Source: Williopsis jadinii (lineage: Eukaryota). Taken from it: a stretch of 64,000 bases of DNA. Below the pieces are notes generated by a model. The model was not told the DNA's origin, made no database searches, and saw nothing but the letters and a program-made list of their open reading frames with translations. Every line of letters starts with the position of its first letter. The stretch's first letter is position 1. A program made the translations under genes and the position numbers. Shown here piece by piece: positions 31,873 through 41,781 of this stretch. The stretch spans positions 992,001 to 1,056,000 of the forward strand of contig AP024666.1 of assembly GCA_024346625.1 (NCBI GenBank), given 5' to 3'.

Positions 31873-32727
31873 ATGGCTACATTTGCAGAGAAGAGCTTTG
31901 ACTCTAACAACTATAATCAAAACAGGCCCAAGTACCCGCATTCCTTGTACGAGGCACTGTTCAAGTACCATGACGGTGGTAAGCACACAGCTGTCGATAT
32001 CGGTTGCGGCCCTGGCACTGCTTCATTCCAGCTTCTGCAGTACGTTGATAACGTCATTGCCACTGATCCTTCAAACACCATGGTTACCACGGGCCTTAAG
32101 TCGATTACGCCGGATGTGAAGGACCGTATTCGATTTGAAGTGGCATACGCGGAGGACCTTCACAAGGTTGTCCCTCAAGACGGTAGTGTGGACCTGATTG
32201 TAAGTGCCGAGGCACTACACTGGGTAGACCACCCCAAATTCTTCAAGGAGGCCTCGAGGATCTTGAGATCTGGTGGAACGTTGGCGTACTGGGCCTACAT
32301 TTCTCCACGGTTTGTCGACCATCCCAAGGCCACCGAAATCTATGATAAATACGAGTTTGAAGACCCGCGTTATCTGAAGACATATTGGAGCGAGCCTGGA
32401 AAGAGCATCTGTAAAAGCTTCTACAACGACATCAAGGTCCCCACGGAGCTCTTCACAGACATTGAAAAGCACGACTACATCCCCGGTGAGACGAAGACCC
32501 ACACGGCGTTTTTCCTCGGGGATGACAAGTACACGCTGAAGAAGCTGCGTGCAAATATGACAACGTGGAGTGGTACCCATAAATGGAGAGAGCAGCATGC
32601 CGGTGAAGACCGTGAGGACATAGTGGATCTATTCATCAACGAACTGAAAGACACTCTTGGTTGGGATGACGATACAGAGGTCACCATGGAGTATGGTACC
32701 ACCTACGTCTTTGCCAGAAAGCCGTGA
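31873..32727 (+). CDS. TMT1: SAM-dependent methyltransferase, trans-aconitate methyltransferase Tmt1/Crg1 family
   Basis: MATF..FDSNNYNQNRPKYP, VDIGCGPGTA motif I, AEALHW, GGTLAYWAY. Confidence 0.8.
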   Translation: MATFAEKSFDSNNYNQNRPKYPHSLYEALFKYHDGGKHTAVDIGCGPGTASFQLLQYVDNVIATDPSNTMVTTGLKSITPDVKDRIRFEVAYAEDLHKVVPQDGSVDLIVSAEALHWVDHPKFFKEASRILRSGGTLAYWAYISPRFVDHPKATEIYDKYEFEDPRYLKTYWSEPGKSICKSFYNDIKVPTELFTDIEKHDYIPGETKTHTAFFLGDDKYTLKKLRANMTTWSGTHKWREQHAGEDREDIVDLFINELKDTLGWDDDTEVTMEYGTTYVFARKP

Positions 32728-32787
32728 TTGCCATGTTTCTTTGTTGATAATTTACATACTTTTCAGCCATATTTGCGCCAAATGTTG

Positions 32788-32818
32788 ATGTAAACAAATC
32801 TCGAAAATGTAAACAAAT
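32788..32818. promoter_or_regulatory. Two forkhead sites ATGTAAACAAAT upstream of APC5
   Basis: Identical 12-mers at 32788 and 32807 containing GTAAACA. Confidence 0.55.
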
Positions 32819-32872
32819 GCGAACTCTTCTTGTACTTTCTCAACCAGCTTTGATCCGACAAAGAGCGCTCAG

Positions 32873-35236
32873 ATGACCAGTAAGAGGCCCTCCATAGTAC
32901 CAGAAATGGTACCCAGAGACTCATTATCCCATGTGGTGCTAACGCCATCGTTAGCGCCCTATAAGATCCTTCTTCTTGCCTTTATCGCTGCGTATTGTGC
33001 TGGTATACTACCGAAGAAAACACATCGACCCCTCCTTGCAACCATCGTCAAGTACATCGAAGGACCAGAGGCATACGGTGAGGAGCAGCAACGGCGTGGT
33101 ATTCCGACTCTGCGAGGTATTCTCCATGATATCACACAGGCCTGTGTGGCGGCTGATGCTCAAGATGGAGAGCATAACGCAAAGGACATCGAGGCCAGGG
33201 CATTGCACGGGTTGTGGACTTTGAAGTCGCTTGACTCCTTGAACACTTTCATGACGCGTGCCAAATCACTCGTTGTGAAGAATATGGCAGCGGGTAATGC
33301 GTTGATTTCGAAAGTGAAGAGTAATGAAAGGCCAGCTTTTCTATTGACGTCGGCAAGCTTCTTAGGTAAGTTTGTCATACGGTGCACAACAGTGTACGAA
33401 AGCTTGGAGTACGACAAGGCGAATCTCCTCTGGTCTGGGTTTGTCAATTTCAGACGTGAAAGTATGCCAAAGGTCAACAAAGAGGAGTTTGCTGCTAGAT
33501 ATTTCCCTACAGATCCGAATGATGATCCATCAGTTCTCAAATCAATCTTACAAAAGATGAGAAATGGTGAAACCAATCTCACAAAAGATGTCATATTGGT
33601 CTCACAGGAGGACTTTTCTCAGCTCGTTCATCATCAACTACAGCAATTAGAAAGACATGGTACCTCAACCCCACCAAAGTTGAAACAGATCTTCCAAAAT
33701 ATGGCCCAAGTGGAAGCTGGTAAGATTCCCCAGGTCCATTATATCAGGTATCTAGAATGTGTTCGTAAACAGGACTACGAAGGTGCGTTCAACTGGCTCC
33801 ATAGGTATTTTGATTACAGGATCAGTACTAGAGAGGGCTCGTTTTACCATTATGCCTTGTTATGCCTTGCGTCTCTCCACGCTCATTTTCATAACGATGG
33901 TGAAGCAATAAGGGCCATTGAGGAGGCTATAGCAGTCGCACGTGAAAAGAAAGATTTGGATTGCTTGTCATTTCTGTTAACCTGGCTGTTTAACTTTATG
34001 AAGGATAGGCCTTATCTAGAACATGACTTTTACGTGTCCAACGCTCAGTTGATTGAATTTCTCAAGAGTCATGCCGATGTTGGTACTAAATCATTGCATT
34101 CAATGGCATATCAATCGGATGCTGCGTTGTTGATGATGGAAGGTGGCCCAGTAAGCATGACATTAGAGTCTTTGACCAAATCTTTGTACATAACGCTCAA
34201 CGGATCTGATGACTCATCTACTTTTGGTACATACTGTGCACTCTATTCGTCCTTCTGGTTCCGACAAGGAAATTATCACTTAGCAGACGTGTACGATGAA
34301 GTTATATCAAAGCTGACTACCCATAAATCAGAGCAAGTGAAGGTTGGGATCCGTAAGGCACACCTTCTATTCTACCATGGGGAAATGAACAAAGCATTTG
34401 AACTGTTGGTAAATCTGAAGAAGAATCTTCCGTCAGATGCTAACCTGATGAAGGACTTATTGACACATGAGGGTATTCTAACTGTGAGATTGTTGTTGAA
34501 CACCAATGAACTGGACGAAGCTCAGATTTGTCTAAACAGACTACAATCCCAAACCCATATAGGAGTTGATATTGAAGGGACTCTATCAGAATTAGAATGT
34601 GATCTTCAAGTTAAATTGGGGAATCTTGTCCAAGCATATGAGATGGTGAACGAGCGGTTAAGAACATTTGCAAAAAGAGGATCCACCACGTTTTGGTTTC
34701 TAAGATTCAACATCCTAAAGTGTCACATACTTTCAATGTCCTCGTCACCCGCTCGCGCCCTAAGTGCGTCGATACAGTGCCTTAACTCCACGCTCTCATG
34801 TGGTTATTCAGTGTTGATATTACAGGCCACAGTCCAAGTTTGTTCTGTGTTGTTTAAACTTTCTCAATTCAAAGATTGTGAAGAATTGCTCTCCGCATCA
34901 CTGCAAATGTTTGAAGGTAACCTCAACGTACAGTTGATGGGTGAACTTTACAAGCTACTTGGGTGCTCGCTAATGGAGTTGCACTTCACCGATGATAATC
35001 TTGATAGGGAGAAAAACATTACAAAGGTTATCAAATGCTTCGAATTGGCTACCGACAGATTCAGATCTATGGGTATGTTAAAAGACTCTTGTGACTGTCT
35101 CGAGCTCCAACTAAACTTTGGTCGTCGTATCGGTAACCTTGATATTGTTAACCATGTTGAACAGGCACTTCACAAAGTCAAAATGACGGAGAAAGGCGCT
35201 GATCACCTTCTTATGTTTGGCGCACAACATAGCTAA
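32873..35236 (+). CDS. APC5: Anaphase-promoting complex subunit 5
   Basis: HYIRYLECVRKQDYEGAFNWLHRYFDY, YALLCLASLH..EAIRAIEEAIAVAREKKD ANAPC5 domain, TPR-like C-terminus. Confidence 0.9.
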   Translation: MTSKRPSIVPEMVPRDSLSHVVLTPSLAPYKILLLAFIAAYCAGILPKKTHRPLLATIVKYIEGPEAYGEEQQRRGIPTLRGILHDITQACVAADAQDGEHNAKDIEARALHGLWTLKSLDSLNTFMTRAKSLVVKNMAAGNALISKVKSNERPAFLLTSASFLGKFVIRCTTVYESLEYDKANLLWSGFVNFRRESMPKVNKEEFAARYFPTDPNDDPSVLKSILQKMRNGETNLTKDVILVSQEDFSQLVHHQLQQLERHGTSTPPKLKQIFQNMAQVEAGKIPQVHYIRYLECVRKQDYEGAFNWLHRYFDYRISTREGSFYHYALLCLASLHAHFHNDGEAIRAIEEAIAVAREKKDLDCLSFLLTWLFNFMKDRPYLEHDFYVSNAQLIEFLKSHADVGTKSLHSMAYQSDAALLMMEGGPVSMTLESLTKSLYITLNGSDDSSTFGTYCALYSSFWFRQGNYHLADVYDEVISKLTTHKSEQVKVGIRKAHLLFYHGEMNKAFELLVNLKKNLPSDANLMKDLLTHEGILTVRLLLNTNELDEAQICLNRLQSQTHIGVDIEGTLSELECDLQVKLGNLVQAYEMVNERLRTFAKRGSTTFWFLRFNILKCHILSMSSSPARALSASIQCLNSTLSCGYSVLILQATVQVCSVLFKLSQFKDCEELLSASLQMFEGNLNVQLMGELYKLLGCSLMELHFTDDNLDREKNITKVIKCFELATDRFRSMGMLKDSCDCLELQLNFGRRIGNLDIVNHVEQALHKVKMTEKGADHLLMFGAQHS

Positions 35237-35371
35237 TTTTACCTATACGGAATTTCTACATTTCTGATCAAGTATTATATTCGTGAAAAGCCATTTAAAC
35301 CAAATAAGTAAAACCACTCTGAACGGTACAAGATCTTCAAACACAACAGATTGTACATTGATATTATACGT

Positions 35372-36198
35372 TTAAATGAAGGTCTCGTATGGAACTGGAG
35401 CCAAAGTTTGTGGGATGTTACCCTCGGTGGAGATAACTCTAGCCTCTCTTGGCTTAGCTGGTTGTCTCTTCAATTGGACAGCCTCACCCTTAGCCTTGGC
35501 CTCAACTCTCTTAGCAGCGTTAGATTTAACACGGTCCAAGAACTCTTGACGACACTTGGAGTGCTTAACGTGCTCAACTCTCAAGTTAACACGCTTCTCG
35601 ATGTAACGGTTACCAACAATCTTGTTGATGATAACACCAACAGAAGACTTGGTGATGTTGTAAACAATACCAGTCTTACCGTGGTAGTACTTGTGTGGCA
35701 TACCCTTTTGGATAGAACCGTTGGCCTTGATGTCCACAATGTCACCAACCTTGTAGGTCTTCAAGTAGGTGGAGAGAGGAATAGTACCTCTCTTCTTGAA
35801 GTCTCTTTGGAAGGCGTATCTAGTACCGGATCTGTAACCACGACTGTATTAGGTGTGTTAGTAAGTCTGCGAATAGTTGATGGGAAGAGAAAGTAGAGAT
35901 CGTAAGGCCCCTGTATCTATGACTGTTGCTTTATTTCCAAGGTGTAACTGAGAGGAACGTGTATGTGGCATATTTTCGTTATTGGTGCAACTCTTCGCAT
36001 CTCTAATCATTGTTACTTGATGATCATCCACTCCCTATAGAACTTTTCACCATGGTTTGATTATCACATTGTATCACCCTCTCTGGTACCCTCCATTGAA
36101 ACGTATTTTATAACTTCAAACATGACAACTGATACATGGTCTCTCTCGTCTCATTCTTCTTGCTCATATCTCATGATCTAAACATACGATTTACCCAT
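35372..36198 (-). CDS. RPL21: 60S ribosomal protein eL21; complement(join(35372..35843,36188..36198)), 160 aa
   Basis: Exon 1 ATGGGTAAATC, 344-nt intron 36187-35844 (GTATGT, TACTAAC, CAG), spliced MGKSRGYRSGTRYAFQRDFKK..KGMPHKYYHGKTG. Confidence 0.97.
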
Positions 36199-36306
36199 CT
36201 TTGATGTACTTTAGTGTTGGTGTTACTTCAGCTCTTAAGTGATGTTTGGCTTCAACCAAATTAAATTTCAACTTTTTCGCACTTTGCAGCGAAGGGAAAA
36301 CGCTTG

Positions 36307-36492
36307 GTGTTTGGCTGTGACTGTGGTTCTAGCACAGTGTCGCGGAACTTTCCATACAACTTGCGGTGTAAATGTGTCACCAACCAGGACAATGAATATA
36401 GTGGTGTTTGGGTTTTCTCTAAATATATTGTGTGGAATTTTTCAGTGTCCTAAAGCCCTGATAGTTCTCACGTGATATAAGGAAAAGGGCTT
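36307..36492. promoter_or_regulatory. RPL21 upstream elements: Homol-D, Rap1-like site, Cbf1 site flanked by inverted AGCCCT
   Basis: TGTGACTG at 36316, GTGTTTGGGTTT at 36404, AAGCCCT at 36453, TCACGTGA at 36468, AGGGCTT at 36486. Confidence 0.55.
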
Positions 36493-36588
36493 CATCCTAC
36501 TTGGATGATCTTAGAGTGCTCTCATTACACATTGTTTATTTCTTTGGTAAACTGTTGACGTTTCTTCTTTAATTAGTTGTCTTCGTAA

Positions 36589-38682
36589 TCATAGATTCGT
36601 GTAGTTGCATAAGGGAATAACAGAAGGTCTCCCATGAGCACATTGGAAGGGCTGTTTACACTGTGCTAACTTCTGCACTAGCAATTGGCATTCAAATTTG
36701 GACAGTGTTTGCCCAAACATTATTGCACTCCGACATGCTTTACTGTTAAGCAACAATGTTAATATTGTTGGCATGGCCTGCATGTTCAAAAACCAATCCT
36801 GGTGTCTGTTCAGTGATGTGAGCTTGACTTTATCCTGCAAATCGTGTGCGTATTGCATGATGGAACGAACTACGAACGAGTTATCATCATCAACTTTACA
36901 ATGCATCAACTCGGGCAAATGTGTAAAAGTCACATTCCCAGATTCGTTGTTTGATCTAGCTGTTGTAAATTTTATTCCCCAATTCTCTAACTCTTTGGAA
37001 TATGTGTTGAGAAGCTCTAACGCCCCTAGTGGTGCATCAGCACTGACGTTAGTTTTCAAAGGTACTGCTAAGGACTGCGTTGATTGGGATGCCATCTCAA
37101 TAAGCTGCTTGTAGAGCTCCTCTACTCTTATTCGTTCATCGCACGCATGCTGGTCAACGATGTATAGTTTCGGTTCAACTTTTGATTTAATTAAGATGAA
37201 CTTATCGTCAACTTGAGCTATAACCGAGCAGTTCGTTAGTAAATCCCTCGGTGTCTGCTCTTCCTGTTTGATGGTGACAGCATCATCAGTATTGATATCA
37301 AGGTCGTCATTATGTGTTATCAACTTACGTCTCTTGATCATATCTTCAAGTCTTTGAGGAAGTTCATTAGAATCATGACAATCATATGAGCTCGCATATC
37401 CAACAGTACTCGCGAGCTCTTTTCCTTTTGAAGATTGAGCCTTTCTGTTGCTAACTATACTAGCGTCTTCAATCACGGTACTCTCAATTTCTGATCTGCG
37501 TGCTGTGTGATCTTCATTCATCTGCCCCCTATGTAAAGCAATATCTCTGAAACCACAAAATATCTTATGAATACCACTGATTGCACATTTGAGTTCCTCA
37601 TCAAGCAACATTGGTTGACCATTTTCAAAGTTTCTGATAGCATTGTCACTCCAAACGTCAACAATTGAAAGAGGGTGTTTACTATAAGTAGACCCAACTA
37701 TGCTAGCTCCTTTTTTACCTTTTCTTGGTGACACATTATTCGTGGTCAAAGCATGTTCAATGTGCCCCTCCGTATACTCAAACTTGCCACAGGATAGCTC
37801 TTTCCGTACTTGTTCACTTAATTGAGAAGTGACTCTCCGGCCATTTATAAAAACGAACTGAAAAGACTTTGTTTGTAGAGGTAGTGTACTTATCAGCACA
37901 GACTCCTTTGAAGAAGTAGAAGTATGCGTCGCATATTCAAACCTGCCAGCAAGTTCCATACCGTACACTTGATTCAAAGTATCACACCAATACTTCGCAA
38001 GATCGCTTCGACACCTTGGAGTCACTTGGCATATGGAGCTCATTTGGCCCGATTCGCTCTCCCTCGCAACGGTTATCGCTAATTTGGGGTTCCCCATAGC
38101 ATACTCAAACACGAGATCCCTGATCTTCTGCAGTGTCTTTGACTCCTGTAGCTGCTGGAGGTGCTTGAATCTCACAGGTGTATTGTGGAACATCTGCTCC
38201 ACCCGAACCTCTGTTCCCGATTCTCCTTCAATCCTTCCCTCGTCAACTTTCACACACTTAATGACCCTCTCTCCGTTATGGATCCTTGTCATGTAAGTAC
38301 CGTTGAACCCACAACTTCTTGTCTTTATCGTCATAACGCTGATGCTACCAATAGAACATAGTCCTTCTCCCCTGAACCCTCGGCTAGCAACCTTGGACAC
38401 GCAGTCCACACTCTGTACCTTTGTAGTCATGTGCCGCTCACCAACACGACCAACATCATCCGGATGAATGCCACATCCATTATCTCTGACGACCAGGCCC
38501 AGTCGTCCAATATTGACCACCACCATCATTTCCGTCGCCCCACTGTCCACACTGTTCGCCATCACCGCATCCAACGCTCCAGGCAAGTCCAGAATCACCG
38601 CCAGAGACCTCACACGCGAGGCAACCTCGCCGCTCAGCAGCCGAAGCCTGCCGCCGTGTGGAGAACTTGCCTTTGTTGTCAT
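36589..38682 (-). CDS. MLH3: MutL homolog Mlh3
   Basis: GHKL motifs NSVD, DNGCGI, TTK, GFRGEGL; endonuclease motif DQHACDERIRVE; ACRSAIMFG, CAHGRP. Confidence 0.93.
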   Translation of the reverse strand: MTTKASSPHGGRLRLLSGEVASRVRSLAVILDLPGALDAVMANSVDSGATEMMVVVNIGRLGLVVRDNGCGIHPDDVGRVGERHMTTKVQSVDCVSKVASRGFRGEGLCSIGSISVMTIKTRSCGFNGTYMTRIHNGERVIKCVKVDEGRIEGESGTEVRVEQMFHNTPVRFKHLQQLQESKTLQKIRDLVFEYAMGNPKLAITVARESESGQMSSICQVTPRCRSDLAKYWCDTLNQVYGMELAGRFEYATHTSTSSKESVLISTLPLQTKSFQFVFINGRRVTSQLSEQVRKELSCGKFEYTEGHIEHALTTNNVSPRKGKKGASIVGSTYSKHPLSIVDVWSDNAIRNFENGQPMLLDEELKCAISGIHKIFCGFRDIALHRGQMNEDHTARRSEIESTVIEDASIVSNRKAQSSKGKELASTVGYASSYDCHDSNELPQRLEDMIKRRKLITHNDDLDINTDDAVTIKQEEQTPRDLLTNCSVIAQVDDKFILIKSKVEPKLYIVDQHACDERIRVEELYKQLIEMASQSTQSLAVPLKTNVSADAPLGALELLNTYSKELENWGIKFTTARSNNESGNVTFTHLPELMHCKVDDDNSFVVRSIMQYAHDLQDKVKLTSLNRHQDWFLNMQAMPTILTLLLNSKACRSAIMFGQTLSKFECQLLVQKLAQCKQPFQCAHGRPSVIPLCNYTNL

Positions 38683-38813
38683 TTGTTGTTGTTTGTTTTC
38701 CTGTTGATGAGAATTTGTATCAAAATCAAAACAAAAAAGTACTGCGAAATACCACGCCCAACTTCCACACTTTCTACTCGTTTACAACTACGGTTCCAGC
38801 TCAGAGAGAAACG

Positions 38814-40215
38814 ATGTCGCTACCAGGTCTTTCAAGCAGTGCTGTTAATGTGAGTACTCGTCTCATTTTGGCGATGAATTGATTCAGTTTTGGCCTACTA
38901 ACACCTTACTCCAAAGACATCGCAGGCGAATGAGACTGTTGACATTGGCGCTAGAGCAGAATGGCGTATTGAAGTTGACCTGAAGGACACCGTCACCGTG
39001 AAAGTGACCAAGGGTATTGTTGAGGTTTTCGGCACTGAGCTTGCCATCGACGTTGAGTACAAGTTCACGGGCCAGAAGATCGCCTTCTACTCTCATGAAG
39101 GTGGCCAGTTGGAGTACTCTGGGCCATTGGTTTCAGAGTATGTCTCTGAAGAGACACAGATGTCGGCTTACTTGAACTTCCATTTTGCACTGTGTAAGAT
39201 GAGAGAACAGGACGTCCGCGGACCGAGGGTTTTAATCTTGGGCCCAAAGGACTGTGGTAAGACGTCGTTGGCAAAGATCCTTGCATCCTACGCGTCTCGT
39301 ATGGACTATGAACCCATGATTGTGAACCTGAATCCATCTGATCCGGTATTTTCCATTCCAGGTACTCTTACTGGTACGCCAGTGAGTGATATCCTCGATG
39401 TGGAGGACGGCTGGGGTCAAACATATACCACAGGTGTGGCACCGTTGCACCCTAAACAACCTACTGTGAGGTACTACGGTTCACCAGATATCCACGAGAA
39501 TTTGAAATTTTACAAACATAACGTCTCAAGATTAGGTGTCACTGTATGCAGCAGGGTTTCAGAGGATTCCACTATGAAGAAGAGTGGTGTCATTGTTGAT
39601 ACCCCACCTTTAACGATAAAGGATGTCGAGATCATTGAAGATGTCATCTCAGATTTTGAAATCAATGTGATGGTTGTCATTGGGAATGAAAGGCTATTCA
39701 TCGATCTCAAAAAGAAGTTCCAGGCGAAGTTAAACGTGGTCAAATTACCCAAATCTGGTGGATGCGTCGAGAGGGACGATTCATTCACAAGACAAGTGCA
39801 ACAGAGGTCCATTAGGGAGTATTTCTATGGAACACCAAAGACGGTATTATCGCCGTACACAGTGTATGTCGACTTTGATGTTGTGAAGGTCTACAAACCC
39901 TTTGTTGATGCCGGTGGGTTGATTTCCTCTGTATTACCCATTGGTGAAGATGGGTTGGATAACGAGGAGAAGAAGCCTGATCCACTGCTGCAATCTCTTG
40001 AACCTTCATCTTCAAGTCTACAGCATTGTGTTCTTGCTATACTACAAGCTGATAAGAAGAGTGACGAGGACATTATTCTGAGAAGTAGTGTACTTGGTTT
40101 TGGAGTGGTTACTGATGTTGATGATACAAAATCTAAATTGCGCATATTGATCCCAGTTCCAGGAAGGCTGCCAGACAGAGCCATGTTGCTGGGATCATTC
40201 CGCTATACTGAATAA
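38814..40215 (+). CDS. CLP1: CFIA subunit Clp1; join(38814..38849, 38917 or 38926..40215)
   Basis: Exon 1 MSLPGLSSSAVN, intron GTGAGT (38850), TACTAAC (38896), AAG/CAG acceptors; EVFGTELA, GPKDCGKT P-loop, IREYFYG. Confidence 0.93.
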
Positions 40216-40309
40216 GAAGTCTTGGTTGTTGATAAAATACATAAAGAAGTGACCGATAATACGTATAGTGTGTGATTTATGCCCTTTTTGTCTACCTCCA
40301 CAGGAGAGC

Positions 40310-41200
40310 TTAGTCTCCCTTAACGATGAGCTCCTCAGGTGCTCTCTGTGCGTACTCAGTCCAACTTCCGTCGTAGACCTGAACACCACCTTTGTTGTAG
40401 CCAGCAGAGTCCAATGCTGCTTTCAAGATGCAAGCTGTGACACCAGTGCCACACATCACAATGACGGGTTTATCCTCAGGAATCTCCAACTCCTTAAAGA
40501 TCGAAACAAGCTGATCCTTAGGCAAGAAGAGGTTATCACTGTCCAACACTCTAGAAAATGGCAAAGACTTCGCACCCGGGGCGTGGCCACTAGGTAACCC
40601 TGGTCGTGGCTCAGGATCCTCTCCCGTGAATCTCCCTCTAGATCTCGCATCCAATATTGTATAGCCGCTTCTCTTAGACCCGTCAGAGACAATATCAAGA
40701 ACTTGCTCGAAGGACAAGACACCGTCGGAATCAAACTGTGTTGATTCATAAGTGGTTGGCTCAACGGAGCCCACGTGAGACGTCTCCAGTGGGTACGAGT
40801 ACTTTTGGTACAGTGGGAAGTTGTTCAGGAGGTAGACGTTATCATGTCCAAACATCTGGAGCGTCCAGGCAACCCTCGGTGCGCTAAAGTTGCCCACCTT
40901 GTCGTACACCACCAATCTATCACTCTTTTCAATGCCGAGCTCGCCCATGGACTTGTTGAACTGCTCAACAGGTGGCAGCATATGAGGGAACGAGCTCTCG
41001 TTGTCCTTCACGCCGTCAAGGTCAAAGAAGCGAGCATTGGCAAGCCTCTCCTTCTTGAACTCAGACACGGGGTCTCTTGGGTTGTTAGGCATGTACCATG
41101 ACCCATCAATTGGCACGACACGGGCGCCCATGCGAGAGCTCGAGAGCATTCCTCTAAACGCAAGAGGCGTGATGAGCTGGATGGTTCTCTTGATAGCCAT
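40310..41200 (-). CDS. TUM1: Tandem rhodanese thiosulfate/3-mercaptopyruvate sulfurtransferase
   Basis: DGSWYMP, FPHMLP, SAPRVAW, LDARSRGRF, CGTGVTAC active site, YDGSWTEY. First ATG at 41200. Confidence 0.93.
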   Translation of the reverse strand: MAIKRTIQLITPLAFRGMLSSSRMGARVVPIDGSWYMPNNPRDPVSEFKKERLANARFFDLDGVKDNESSFPHMLPPVEQFNKSMGELGIEKSDRLVVYDKVGNFSAPRVAWTLQMFGHDNVYLLNNFPLYQKYSYPLETSHVGSVEPTTYESTQFDSDGVLSFEQVLDIVSDGSKRSGYTILDARSRGRFTGEDPEPRPGLPSGHAPGAKSLPFSRVLDSDNLFLPKDQLVSIFKELEIPEDKPVIVMCGTGVTACILKAALDSAGYNKGGVQVYDGSWTEYAQRAPEELIVKGD

Positions 41201-41602
41201 TTTGGTCCTTGTTCGCCTATCCAATGGTGCTGTTCAAACACTCTGGTCGTCAGTCTCGAGAGGGCTCCTAAGGAGGGGCCTGCGCGCAATTCTCGATAGC
41301 GCAGCGCGTACTGGAGGCTGGGCTGGGCTGGGTGTGCGGGCCCGGACAGCCCGCACCGCGGGGCTCAACCCAACACCCCCTCCCCCGCGAAAGAAACTTG
41401 GCCATGGTGGCCACCCTCGCCCTCCAGCCCTTCTAAAGTTGATCTTATCCAGTTAGTCAGCTGCGCTCCTTCGCAGAGCTGGCGCGAGTTGATCTTGTAG
41501 CACCACTGACTAGACTAACCCCCCAAACTGGCCATGTAAAATGCCAGTACTTAGTCATGGCCCTGCCCTAGCATTCATTCCGTATACCGCAACCAATGGC
41601 GA

Positions 41603-41627
41603 GCCACAAAAGCCATAGATTTGTGTT
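41603..41627. promoter_or_regulatory. Two middle-sporulation elements (Ndt80, CRCAAA) upstream of the SSP2-like gene
   Basis: GCCACAAAA at 41603 (+) and ACACAAAT at about 41619-41626 (-). Confidence 0.6.
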
Positions 41628-41781
41628 CCTGTCCACGTAAACTGTTATATATTGCACTTGCTTGCTCCTAACACCCGTGGTGAGTGTTGATCTGTAGTAT
41701 TCTTATATCAAGGCCGTATACGCTGATCAAAAGAGCTTTACGATTTGCTTCCAGGAACATTTGCTATCAAACGGGAAGGTC

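Noticed and set aside
35351..35896. 181-aa + strand ORF (also the long antisense ORFs 21454-22020, 27331-27879, 63279-63782)
   Set aside because: Antisense shadows of highly codon-biased genes (RPL21, MST1, YKT6, COX5).
35844..36187. Intronic snoRNA in the 344-nt RPL21 intron
   Set aside because: No RTGATGA/CTGA pair or convincing H/ACA architecture on the sense strand.
38540..38575. Mlh3 lacks the GHKL catalytic Glu (AVMANSVD)
   Set aside because: Mlh3 orthologs commonly deviate at this position, and the endonuclease motif is intact.
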